From contig NW_005434629.1 in NCBI RefSeq assembly GCF_000315625.1, positions 444,575-508,574 of the forward strand: DNA of 64,000 nt, written 5' to 3'. This DNA is from Guillardia theta CCMP2712 (taxonomy: Eukaryota; Protista; Cryptophyta). The notes beneath the pieces are model-generated. The model ran no database searches, was not told the origin of the DNA, and saw only the letters and a list, made by a program, of their open reading frames with translations. Below are positions 14,035-25,200 of the stretch, piece by piece. How positions within the stretch are numbered: position 1 is the stretch's first letter; the number at the start of each line of letters is the position of its first letter. Position numbers and translations under genes: made by a program.

Positions 14035-14695
14035 TTAAGCGGAAGCTCCGTTCTTGAGGCGAGCTGCTGCGAGCTGCTTCTTGGTCTTGCGCACTACGCG
14101 ACCGGCGCCCTCCTCCTCAGGTTTCTTCACGAACTCATCCTGCAACGTTCGTCAGACCACAATGGCTTCAATCATCAAACCCTCACCTTCTCAGCAAGGA
14201 TAACCTCCACATGGCAAGGGTTAGACATGTAGGCATTGATACGACCGTGAGCACGGTAAGTTCTACGGCGTCCCTTGCATGCTTGGTTAACCTGCGGCGT
14301 GTGAGCACCACCATTGGAGCTGACGAGAGTCAAGACACCTGAATGTGGCTGATGTAGAGGTTCTCAGTGTCAATATCCTTGCCCTCGGTGTTGCTCTCGG
14401 CGTTGGTGAGCAGATCGAGGAGGTGCTTGACAGACTTCTCAGGGAATCTTCCAGGGCCGTAGAAGTTGTGCTTCTTGCAGAGGTTGGAGCGGCCAGCGGA
14501 TCCTCCGAAGCGGCGGAGGGGAACGACGTCCTTCTTCTCGAGAACGTTGTTCAAATATTTCTTGGCCTTGCTGAGCTCGAGACCCTTGATGGCCATGGCG
14601 GTCTCCCTCATGTTCTTAAAGGAGGTGCGGAGGTCTGAGGCACGAGCCTTGGCAACCTTTGCAGCGTTCTCCGGCTCACGTGAATACTTTACCAT
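14035..14695 (-). CDS. RPL17: 60S ribosomal protein L17 (uL22)
   Basis: Exons 14695-14339, 14291-14187 and 14139-14035. [34 protein letters not shown]...GRFPEKS...[22 protein letters not shown]. Confidence 0.97.
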
Positions 14696-15736
14696 ATCGC
14701 CTGCACCACAAGACATGAGACGTTGAAGAGAAATCAATATGATGAATGTATTTCTTTGTTTGGCAGCACTCAACTTTGACAATGACTGGCAAGAAGAAAC
14801 GCTGGGTTGAACCAGGTGATTGGAGTACGAACGGGATGAAGTGATATGCATCAAGATTCCACGGATTCAAGGCGAATCAAGCATGGCATAGATGTGATGT
14901 TATGCTGTCTACCTATCTAGAATCGCCCCGCATTAGGTCTCTGAGCTACATGCCAAGGTAACGACACCTCCCTCCACTTCCCTCCCTGATGGCAATCGTG
15001 TTGTGGAAACATATCAAACGAGCGATGGATACTACAAATCTGTGAATACCAACATCAAGCCTTGAATGCATTGAATAACATGATCTTCTGCCCATTCACC
15101 CACCCCTACCAACTACACGTTTCTCTGCTTTATACATGTTCCCAAGATCGTAACAACTGCAGCTGACATACAGAAACAATTGTGTCAATCGCTGAAAATT
15201 ACCAAGACAAATGAAATAAATCCAGACGCTGAGGGAAGAGCTATAGAACACTCGTGGTGGTGAAGATAGAGTACGGGAACAACGCAAGAACAGGTGAATC
15301 CAACAAATCAATGACACGGAGAAAAGAAGAGTTCAGGATGAAGGTGATGGTGTGAAACAAAACGATGTAGAATAGTAGAGGAAGGAGTAGCCGAGGAGGA
15401 TGAAGACAAACGATGTGAAGGGGGTCAAGGAGACAACGCCATTGAAGCCTTGCCCCCCCGCCGCATGCTCTCTGGTACAGCAGCGCGTGCGGAGGAAAAA
15501 AAAATTAGAGTGCCTAAACAAGGCAGGGGTGGTAACAAAAATCACTACTGGTCATCCAGATTGACATATGCTTAACTGATATTAAAATGTATTGTAAATA
15601 AGGTTGATAGTAATATGCAGTATTAAAATGTTTAGTTATTAATTTATCCAGGGTTGACAAACATTTTACTAAAAGTTAGCGGAATTTGGATCAAACTTTG
15701 AGGTTCGAAGGCGAGAAGTTTCAAAGTTTGCGTGTG

Positions 15737-17203
15737 ATGAGGCCCATGGCGGAGGCCCGGACGGTGTTGGCCATGGTCCTCGTCCTGTCGGCCTGTCACC
15801 CGCATGGCTCCTCCTCGAATCCGAACGCCTGTCATGCTCGACCAGCTCAGCTGCGTGCGACGCTGCTGCTGCTGCGTGGAGGGAGCTCAGGGGATCCTTA
15901 CAACCTGCAGGAAAGAAAGCAAGGGGCTTCACTGCTGGCAAGCTTGATTCGCAGTGGAGACATTAAGTTGCACAACCTGAACGTGTCTGGCCATGGTGAA
16001 CTGGGAGAAGAGGAAGGCACTGTTGATCGACAAGGAAGCGAGATGGATGCTGACGTGGCCGAAAGACACGGCGAAAGTTTCAAAGCCGCTCAGGTTGAAG
16101 CGAGGCCAGCAGAGCTTGTTGAAGCGAAGTCAGCAGCAGAGGCGCCGAGACCGAAGGACGAGGCTCGAGAGGCACAATCTGGATATACAGCTCTTAGACA
16201 AGAGTATGATAGACAGGACGAAGGGCGTCGTGACCTTCGCGGTGAGAAAGTGATCTTCATTTGTTGGAGGGGCACGAACAGATGATTGACGTGCTGAACT
16301 TGTATGGGAAGGGGAACTGAAGCAGGATCTTCCTTTGCACGAAGGTTCAGCCAGCATCAGTAATCGGTTGCAGGATGAATGTTGTTGGTAGATGCTCAAC
16401 GTGGGAAGCAATTCTGGGACGACCTCTTCAAAGATCTTGAGGAGAATTATGACGAGGAGGAGGTGAGTTCACACCCTATGTGCAACCCCATCTGGTGTTT
16501 GATGCGAATCTTGCTTCACATCGAAAGCAAAAGCAGTTCATGGACGAGCTCGCTAAGAAGGTGAGCATGGCGACTTCAGCCCGTGGACGCTGAATTCAAA
16601 GCCTCGCAGATGGTGTTCGTGCGGCATGTGCCGAAAGAGAGAGCAGTAATGCTCTTGTAGCGGCGGTCTTTCCCTGATGAGCCATGTTGAAACAGCTCGA
16701 TACCTGCCTCGAACTCTTCTCAGCCCACGGCAAGGTGATGGCAGTCTCGATAGGGAGCACGCCATCTACTTACGGTTTACGAGTAGCGTGAACCTTCGGA
16801 TCTGACAAGTCTCAGGCACTGCGCACATCGTCATGGAAAGCAGGAAATCTGTCATCTCAGCGATACGGCATCTCAATGGCCTGCAAGTCGCGGTTGTAGT
16901 CATCAATGCTTCAGCATGTAAGGTGACCTGCTGTTGATCCTAGGGACGTACACTGCTTGTCGGTACCACTAGTCGAAAGCAGCTTGAGGGGTACGGGAAC
17001 GAAGACTACCAAGCTCGCGCATGGCGGAAGGACGGAGATGGAAGGGACAAGGTGATTTGAACTTGTCCGAGCATGTCAGAGTGAGACTGAAGCTTTCGCA
17101 GCCACCAGAGGGACATGCGAGTGCTCTCTATGACAAGGACCGTAGCAAGCAGGGGCAACCTGGGAGCCATAGATATCGGAGAGACGACTCATACTCAGAC
17201 TGA
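15737..17203 (+). CDS. RRM-domain RNA-binding protein with N-terminal signal peptide and LRGG leader (multi-exon)
   Basis: N-terminus MRPMAEARTVLAMVLVLSAC...LLLLRGG. Later exons MVFVRHVPKE, CLELFSAHGK, GTAHIVMESRKSVISAIRHLNGLQ and GRTLLVG follow the RNP2/RNP1 pattern. Exon boundaries are only partly resolved. Confidence 0.6.
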
Positions 17204-17283
17204 AGGATTCATGGGAGAGGCAACCATGATAACATGTATTGACTGAAGGAACATGCCCCTCCACACTCCCCATATCCAGTTTT

Positions 17284-17505
17284 TCAGTCGTTCTTTTTCA
17301 GCTCTGCTGATTTGAGATCATGGGCAGTAGGCTGGCGGCGATGGTCCTGGAGTCCAGCAGCATTCGCCCTCCTCTTCTTCCTAGCATCGTGTCTCTTCAC
17401 CTGTGCCATCTGCTCAAAGTACCAGTTGATGAAGAAGATCAGCACAAGCACCATTCCCGCCATGTAGAACCATGTCATGTCGCCGTCCTCTCCCACCAGC
17501 GCCAT
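17284..17505 (-). CDS. Small single-pass membrane protein, 73 aa, unknown function
   Basis: ATG-initiated ORF with one hydrophobic segment (WFYMAGMVLVLIFFINWYF) followed by a basic tail. Confidence 0.55.
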   Translation of the reverse strand: MALVGEDGDMTWFYMAGMVLVLIFFINWYFEQMAQVKRHDARKKRRANAAGLQDHRRQPTAHDLKSAELKKND

Positions 17506-17642
17506 CTCTTGCTATTCAAGTCCTCCTCATCCAGTGGCTTCCTTCCTTTGCTTCGGTGCTTTCAAGATCTGCTAGCAAGCTGCTGCCCCGTGGTCACCCT
17601 GCCGCCCCCGCCCTCCCTCCGCCCTTGCGCTGAGATGAGGGA

Positions 17643-17915
17643 AATTCTAGATCAGGGTTCTAGGTTAATTGTCTAGATCAAGATTCTAGATCAGGCCCAG
17701 TGATTCTAGATCAGGGTTCTAGGTTATTTCTAGATCAAGATTCTAGACTCATGCCAGGCCCATGATTCAGAGGCGGCTAGCCTTCATCAGGCCGCGCCCA
17801 GGGTTCTAGGTTATTTTCTAGATCAGGATTTGACTGAGTAGATCGCTGAGGCCCATGATTCAGGCTAGAGTCATGGTTCCGAGGCTAGCCCGGGTTATTC
17901 TCTACTAGCCTGAGC
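17643..17915. repeat. Degenerate tandem repeat (about 58 bp) rich in TCTAGA/CTAG palindromes
   Basis: The unit ATTCTAGATCAGGGTTCTAGGTTA..TCTAGATCAAGATTCTAGA..AGGCCCA occurs twice clearly, followed by 1-2 decayed copies. Confidence 0.8.
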
Positions 17916-18232
17916 CTCAGGATGATTTAAGTTCCGGAGTCCGAGGGCCCGGCTACTCGGATATCAGTACTAGTGTTTCTACCGGGCCGCAGCCAGCCTC
18001 CTCCGAGTCCGGGCTGAACGGGCGGCCCGGCGGCGCCGGGCCGTCCCAACTTGTTGCCAGTGGCCCCGGGAGGCCGCCGCCTCGGAGCACGGGAGTCGGT
18101 CGGACGGGCGGCCACTCAGTGACTACTAGGGCTGAGGCCCCCGGGCCCGGCGCAGTGGGCCATCCGATCCGACCGTCAGTCACTGATGAGTATGTCCATT
18201 GAGTAAAAATATCAGATTTACACTGAGTCGCA

Positions 18233-19081
18233 ATGGTTTTGCTTTTGTCGCTGCTGTTAGCGATGACGATGGCGGCTGGTGGCGAGGGAGAAACGACAGG
18301 ATTGAAGATGTTACACGCAAGCACTGTCAACAGGTGGACCAGTCGAGGCTGCCAGCCGAAGTCAGCCAAGGGCGAAGGAATGCCATGGGCGAAGCCTTCT
18401 CTTGCCATGCTGAGGGCTGTGTGGAAGGAGGATAGACGAGTTGAGGCAACAAGAGATGTCGAGTCATCAAGAAGCTCGTTAGACATGGGAGTTCTACTTG
18501 ATAATGGTGTCTTGTACCGCAACAAAGTGATATCATCCTCTGACTTCAGATGCCTGAGGCTGCTCGGTGGGGGTCCAGGTGAACAGAGGTCTACCAAGTC
18601 GACGGGAGCGAAAGTAGAGGAGGAGGATGGGAGCTACTGTGGAGTAGGAAGCATTTTCAGCTGTCTTTGTCGATGGATCAAAGGGAAGCTGATGAAACAC
18701 CAAGACAAGCAGATCGTTCGTGAGCAATCCAGCACGGAGAAAAATTCCAAGGCAGCATTGAACCTATTGCTTTCCACAACAGGAATCCTGGCTCTCCGCT
18801 CCATCCTCCATCCTCCATCCACTTCTCCTTCAAGCCTACAGCTGATGAACATCCACGGCAAGGGGAGAGAAGGAAAGCAGGAGAGAAGGACATTCTTGGA
18901 GAACTGCGTTCGTTCTAGGGAGCTGATGGAGCGAGCGCTGGAGGACGGAAAGGTGGAGCTTTCACCCCGATATGTCTCCTCCTTTGGTATCATAACTGGT
19001 ATGCTCTGGGCTTCTGTGTGCGGAGAGATCTTCTCGAGCTTGCTGCCTGGCCAGGGGGAGGAGGAGGGAGGAGGAGGATAG
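18233..19081 (+). CDS. Hypothetical protein with N-terminal signal peptide (282 aa)
   Basis: Single ATG ORF with hydrophobic N-terminus MVLLLSLLLAMTMAAG; no recognisable domain. Confidence 0.5.
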   Translation: MVLLLSLLLAMTMAAGGEGETTGLKMLHASTVNRWTSRGCQPKSAKGEGMPWAKPSLAMLRAVWKEDRRVEATRDVESSRSSLDMGVLLDNGVLYRNKVISSSDFRCLRLLGGGPGEQRSTKSTGAKVEEEDGSYCGVGSIFSCLCRWIKGKLMKHQDKQIVREQSSTEKNSKAALNLLLSTTGILALRSILHPPSTSPSSLQLMNIHGKGREGKQERRTFLENCVRSRELMERALEDGKVELSPRYVSSFGIITGMLWASVCGEIFSSLLPGQGEEEGGGG

Positions 19082-19248
19082 AGGGGAAAGCGATAACAGG
19101 ATGGTAGAGAAATGTTTATGGATAGCAGAGCTAAGTTCACAAAGTCAAGAGGGAGGAAGAGGACGAGGCTCCACTTGTGATGTAGCAGCAGCAGCTCCGT
19201 TGCTGTGAGGAGCATAGCCCTTGAGGAAGAGACCTGAGGAGTTTAGAG

Positions 19249-22207
19249 TCAGGGAGAAAGAGGGAGAAGCATTTCAGGCGTACGATTGTTGACGAGCACC
19301 AACTCGCAGACACGAATGAAGAATTGTTTCCTGAGCTTGGAGGTCGTGAGCATCTTGTTCTCGCACGGGTCTCCGAGCTTCTCCTTCCTCGCCTTCTTCT
19401 GCAGCTCCTCAGTCAACTTGGTGGGGCTCAGCCCTCTGGGATGGTTCGCGACGATACCCAGGACAAGGTCACGGAAGGGGAGAAGCCCATCCAGGGCGGC
19501 ATGTCGGAGCTGCGCATGGGAGGGAGAGCTCTCCTGCGCCATCAGCTCTGTCGTTGAGCCGTCTGCGTCTTGCAGCTGATGGTCGTCTTGCCCATCTTTC
19601 TCGTCTCCCGCATGTTCCTTGTCCTCGTCCTCATCCTCTTGGTACCGGCCAAGGACTCCCGATGGGACGGCATGCAAGGGTCCTCGGACTTGTGCTCTCA
19701 CCCTCTTGTCTTGGCCATTCACTTGATTCCCCTTCGGCTGCGAGAGAGCAGATGAAGCAGCACCTGCTTCCTCCTCGTCCTCGTCCTCCTCCCCCGATTC
19801 GTCTTCCTCTCCACCCTCTTCACTCCCTGTGGCCATTGCGGCATCCTTCCCCTCAGCAAACCTTTTGATGCCTCCAGCCTTGACGATGGACTTGAGGAAG
19901 TTGAGGTCAGTTGAAATCGTCGCCGTCCTCGTCCCTTCCTCCTTACAGGTATAGGACTCGTGAGGTATCCTCCCCTTGCAGTGCATGTGCACCAGCTTCC
20001 GTTCCAGCGACGTCTGCAGGGAGGTGAACTCGAGCAGCGCCCTGGAGCCATTGACGGCTGCTGACTTGAACCAACCGACCACCCGCTTCACCGCATCCGA
20101 CTGGATGATCCTCGAGGCGGTGGCAGACTTGGCCGCGAGGATGTGGACGGTGAAGGGGGGGACGGCGACGGAGTAGACGGTGTTGATGGAGACATTCCCG
20201 GGTGCCGCCAGGGAAAGTTTGAACTTGTCGTCGCAGAGGAGCTGGAGAACGAGGTCGTCAGAGGAAGCAGCTGGTGAGCTGCTCTTCTCAGATACTATGA
20301 TCTGAGGGAGGTAGTCCTCCGTCTCCTCCACTGTCAGCTGGAACTCCAGCAAGTCCTTCTTGTGCCCGCTGCCTTCCAACCTCACGGGCTGGCGAGCCAG
20401 CACGGAGGACAGCAGCTGGCTCATCTCCTCCCTGCTCTTCTCGGGTGTGTGGAGGATCGCGTTGCTGATGCACTTGCGGATACGGTTGATCATGTCGAGC
20501 TCGGCCCAGGTGATGAAGTAGGGGTGCAGGTGGATGGCCCTGGCCCCAAGGAGGAAGGAAAGCACGCGCGTACCGTCGCTGCTCGTCCTCATGCTCATCT
20601 TCTCCGCTCTTGGGGTGAAAATCAGCTGCAGCAGCTTGCCGAAGGGAGTGCTGGGCAGCATCGTCACCCCAAGGGCCTTGACCCTCCTTTCGTTGTCGGT
20701 CCCCAGGAGGGACAGGGCCACTGCCACATGCTCAGTCTGCTCGCTGCTGAGGTCGCACACGACGGAGACAGGAGAGCGCCAGTAGGGCACGACGGACACG
20801 GTGGAATCGTTCATCAGGTTCCAGCTGACCATCGCGTCACAGCTCAGACTCCCAACGGTGACCGTCTCCGACCCTCCTGCTCCTGGCACTTCCCTGGGAT
20901 TCGGGAGGACGAGCTTGTAGCGGGAGGCCCAGTAGACCTGCCACAGCAGCTTTGCCTCGTGGCTCAAGTCCTTCACGAGCTCATCTGGGGCGCTCTGGGA
21001 GGAGGAGTAGAGCTGGGGGCCCCTCCCGAGCTGGATGACAGCTCCGTTGGACCCGACCATCTTGTAGTTGACGACCTGCACGTCAAGCACCCGCAGGAGG
21101 TTCTGGAGGCCAACCTTGGAGTTGAACTCGGGAGGAATTTTCTTGAGGCGCACCGAGCTCTCCCTCTCGAAGTTGGCCTTGACGATGTCCGACTTGTCCG
21201 ACTTGTCCAGCACTTGCCCCACAAGAAACGACTGCGAGCAGCAGCCGGCCAGAACGAACCTCAGGACGTCGTCGGGGGCCACGAAGAGCGAGCGGAGCGT
21301 CGCCTGCTGGCATGCCTCCTTCCTCCTCACGGTGTTGTGCAGCAGGTGCACCTTGTCTAGCGAGTCGTCCCTGAGGCCCTCGAGGCGCGCGAAGTACGTC
21401 TCGAACCTCCTGCAGAGGTCCAGCACCAGCGCCTCCATCTGCCTCACCCTAGTCCAGCTGAGCCCCAGGTTCATAGCATCGTGAAAGCCGCGGCCCGTCC
21501 TCATCCACTTCTTGTATCCCTCCAGGTACATAATCGGCTCCGATTTCTTCCCCAAATCGAGCCCAGCTCGGCTCCTGAAGTTGCTCGCCAGGTCCTTGAT
21601 GAAACGGGTCTGGTCGCGCATGAAGACGGGGGAGGGCATGGCGAAGATGTCCTGGATGGAGAGCGCGGCTGCCATGACGATCGACTCGGGAAGGCAGGAG
21701 CAGCTAGTCCCTAGCAGGAGGAGCTTGACGAGCGGGAGGTCTACAGGGAGGTCAGAGGCAAGTCGACCCAGCTCGGTGATAGCTGAGGTCTCGTCCTCGC
21801 GGGTCAGCGCACCGATCTTGAAGAGCTCCTTGATAGCTAAGTTGACTCGAGCTGAGGGAGGAGGGGTCAGAGACTGACTGAGGAGCGAGGAGGGGGAGCC
21901 GAACTGCTCCAGCAGGATCTTGATCTTGAGCACTGTCCTCTCGAGCGGCACGCGGAAGATTTCTGCCTCCTCGAAGGGGAGCATGACAGTGTCATGGAAG
22001 TCACGAGGGAAGAGGTGGAAGACGAAGCCAGGGGCGACCCTTCCTGCCCTCCCCTGACGCTGCTTGGCCGAGGACTGGGAGCACCATGCTCCTAGCAGCG
22101 CCGGCATGTTCCTGGTGTCGTCAAAGAAGATTCCCCTGAGAGGAAGGATGAGAATCGAGCGAAAGCAAGCTGAGGGGATGGTGAAAGATGATGACAAGGG
22201 CGGAGGA

Positions 22208-22244
<37 letters not shown>

Positions 22245-25200
22245 GAAAAGGGGACCAGGAGGCATGAGGGTAAGAGAACGAAGAGGAGAAGGAGGAGAAA
22301 GAGGAGAAGAAGGTGGTGGTGATGGAGATAATGGTGATAGTGATGATCATGCTTATGATGATACGATAATGATGAACATATCATAGGACATGCCTACCTG
22401 TGTAGGCCTGAGTCGATGACGTAGAGGACGTCGGGGATGGTGATGGAGCTCTCAGCGATGTTGGTCGACAAGATCACCTTGCAGTGCCCTGCTGTAGCCG
22501 GAAGCATCGCAGCCTCCTGCTCTTCCCGGGAGACGAGAGAGTGTAGGACGAGGATCTGAAGGGGGCAGGCGAAGGAGGAGAACTTCTCGAGCTCCTCTTG
22601 TAGAGACGCGATCTCTCCGATGCCGGGGAGGAAGATGAGGATGCAGATGCTGGGCTCTACAACCTCTGCAAGCAGCTTGATGATGAGCCTCTCAGAGTCT
22701 GAAGTCATCTGCATGAAAGCGAAATTAAGATGGTCGACTATGAAGAGACTAGCCTTGAACTCAGAAGCATTATCCTGCTCCTGCTCCTGCTCCTGCTCCT
22801 CCTCCTCACCATCATCATTATCATCATCCTCATCATCCTCATCCCATCCTGCTCCTGCTCCTGCTCCTCCTAATCATAATCATCATCTCACCTCAGGTTT
22901 GATCCTGGCTCCCTCGTTACTCTTAGATCCTTGGCAAGCAACCGCGAACTGCTTGGAGAGGCGGCCGAGACAGGCATCAGAGTTGAAGGAGCTACTGAAG
23001 TTTCGCCACTCATCCAAGAAGTACACCTCCACAGGGTATCTCCTCGCTCCCACGAAGATGGTGTCTCGAACTTGTTCGCTCTGAGGGGTGAAGTACTGCC
23101 CGAACAGGTTGGCCTGAAGGGTAGCTGACATGATCACCAACCTTGTGCTGGACTTCTGCGTCTGCGTCAGCTTCTTTATGAGCAAGTTGAGCAGGTCCGA
23201 GTCCATCCCCCTCTCGTGCACTTCGTCAAGGATGATGTGGGTGTACTTTGAGAAGTTCTCAGGGTGGTGGGAGAAGTACTGCAGGAGGTATCCTATGGTC
23301 ACAAAGGTGACACGAGTATCCTTGGAGACCACATGGTCCCCCTGGCCGATGCGGTAGCCTATCGTCTTTCCTATCTCCTCGTTGTTTTGACTCGCCACCC
23401 TCCTTGCGAGCGACACGGCTGCCAACCTGCGCGGCTGAGACACAATGACGTTAACTGGCCGGCGTCGCGCCCTGGCCTCGTCGAGGATGAACTGGGGGAC
23501 CATGGAGCTCTTCCCGCATCCTGTCTCTCCTTGGATGCATGTGACAGTGTGGTTGTTGATCTCTTCAAGGATGACGTCTCTGAACTGCACAATTGGGAGG
23601 GTGTTGGCAGCAAGCGCGACCTCCTGCTGCTCGGGGGTGAGATGAGGAGGAACGTCGCTGACAGGCTCCTCCACCCTCTCTTCTTGCAAAATTTCCTTGG
23701 TTGTTGCTGTTTGAGATCACAATCAGCTCGTGGGCTATAAAAGATAACATCGGAGAGGAGCTCTGATGTGCATGCAGACATCAGGAGCCATCGGGGGAGA
23801 GAGGGGGAGAAAACGTTGTTCATCAACATCTACGACTGACCTGTTTCGATCATGTGGATGTTGTTGAAGAGTTGGAAATCTTCTTCAAAGATCGTCAGCA
23901 CAGCATCGCACAACATGTCGATCTCGTAATGAGGAATTTGCTTCAGCACGCCCTCAAGATGTCCGCTGCTTGACGGATCTTGGGAATGAAGATGGAGAAA
24001 CAATCTACAACACCATAGTCAACTATCTCTCTTACGTACGGTCCAAACATGCACGACACAATTCTCCCCCTTCCCCTCCCCCTCCCCCTCCTCAGTCTTA
24101 TCTGGCATAACCAGACCTGGCACTGAACAGTTTGCTAGGCTCCGGAAAGAGATGAGAAATTTCCAAGAGCTCAGCCAGGTGAAAGACTTCATGGACGACA
24201 TTCTGGAAGAAATTCGCCACCTCGACGGTGGCGAAACTGAACAAAACAAGAAATCAGGTGTGAGAGTTTGTGAAGAAAAGGAGGGCGGGAACTGAGGGAG
24301 AGGAGAGAGATAAGGAGACGAAGAGGAGGATAAGAATATGACGTAGTTGCATTGAAGATCAACAGGGAGCAAGAGTAGCAGGATGGGGGAAGAAGAGGAG
24401 GGAAAGAGGAGCAGGAGCAAGAGAAGGAGAAGGAGAAGGAGAGAGTATGAAGTCGATGCAAACCTGGGGGGATGCACTGGAAGCTCATCAAAATCGAAAT
24501 CGCAGCAGCACATGAACACGCAGGCCTTGAGTGTGTGATAGTCCCAGACGGTGAAGTGGAACTGCCCGCCGTTTAACCTTGAAGGAAAGTCGAACGTGAG
24601 GAGGAGGAAAAGCAAGGAGTGGGGAGAATGATTGTCTGATGGNNNNNNNNNNNNNNNNNNNNNNNNNNNNNNNNNNNNNNNNNNNNNNNNNNNNNNNNNN
24701 NNNNNNNNNNNNNNNNNNNNNNNNNNNNNNNNNNNNNNNNNNTCTCTCTCTCTCTCTCCTCCCTCCCTCCCTCCCCTCCCCCCCCCCCCCCCCCCTCTTC
24801 TCTTCTTTCTATAATCAAGAGTGTTCATACCTCGTTGTTGCGAATGGGGATGCCAAGTCTTTTGATGATATCATATCTTTCACAACAGTCACAACCATCT
24901 TCTTCATCGGAATCGAGTCACGTCTCACTTTTGTACAACGTCTCGTGTCATATCGTTGGAGCAAAGAGCAGCAAACTCCCAAAGTCTGCGATGGCACACA
25001 CGTTCAGACCCAACAATCACAAAGAACAGAGAGCAACCGATCAGGCTTCAGTCGGAGGAACGAAGCTAACTTCTCAGAAGTGAACACCCGGGCATACAAC
25101 TGTATCGCAACCCTCTTTTAGTCCTCAGTAATGCAAGGGGAGGAAATTACCATGTCGCCCTTCACCTCCATGAAATTTAAGGGCGTGTAATGGATTCCGG

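Noticed and set aside
20362-21360. 332-aa plus-strand ORF
   Set aside because: Antisense shadow of the GC3-rich helicase exon.
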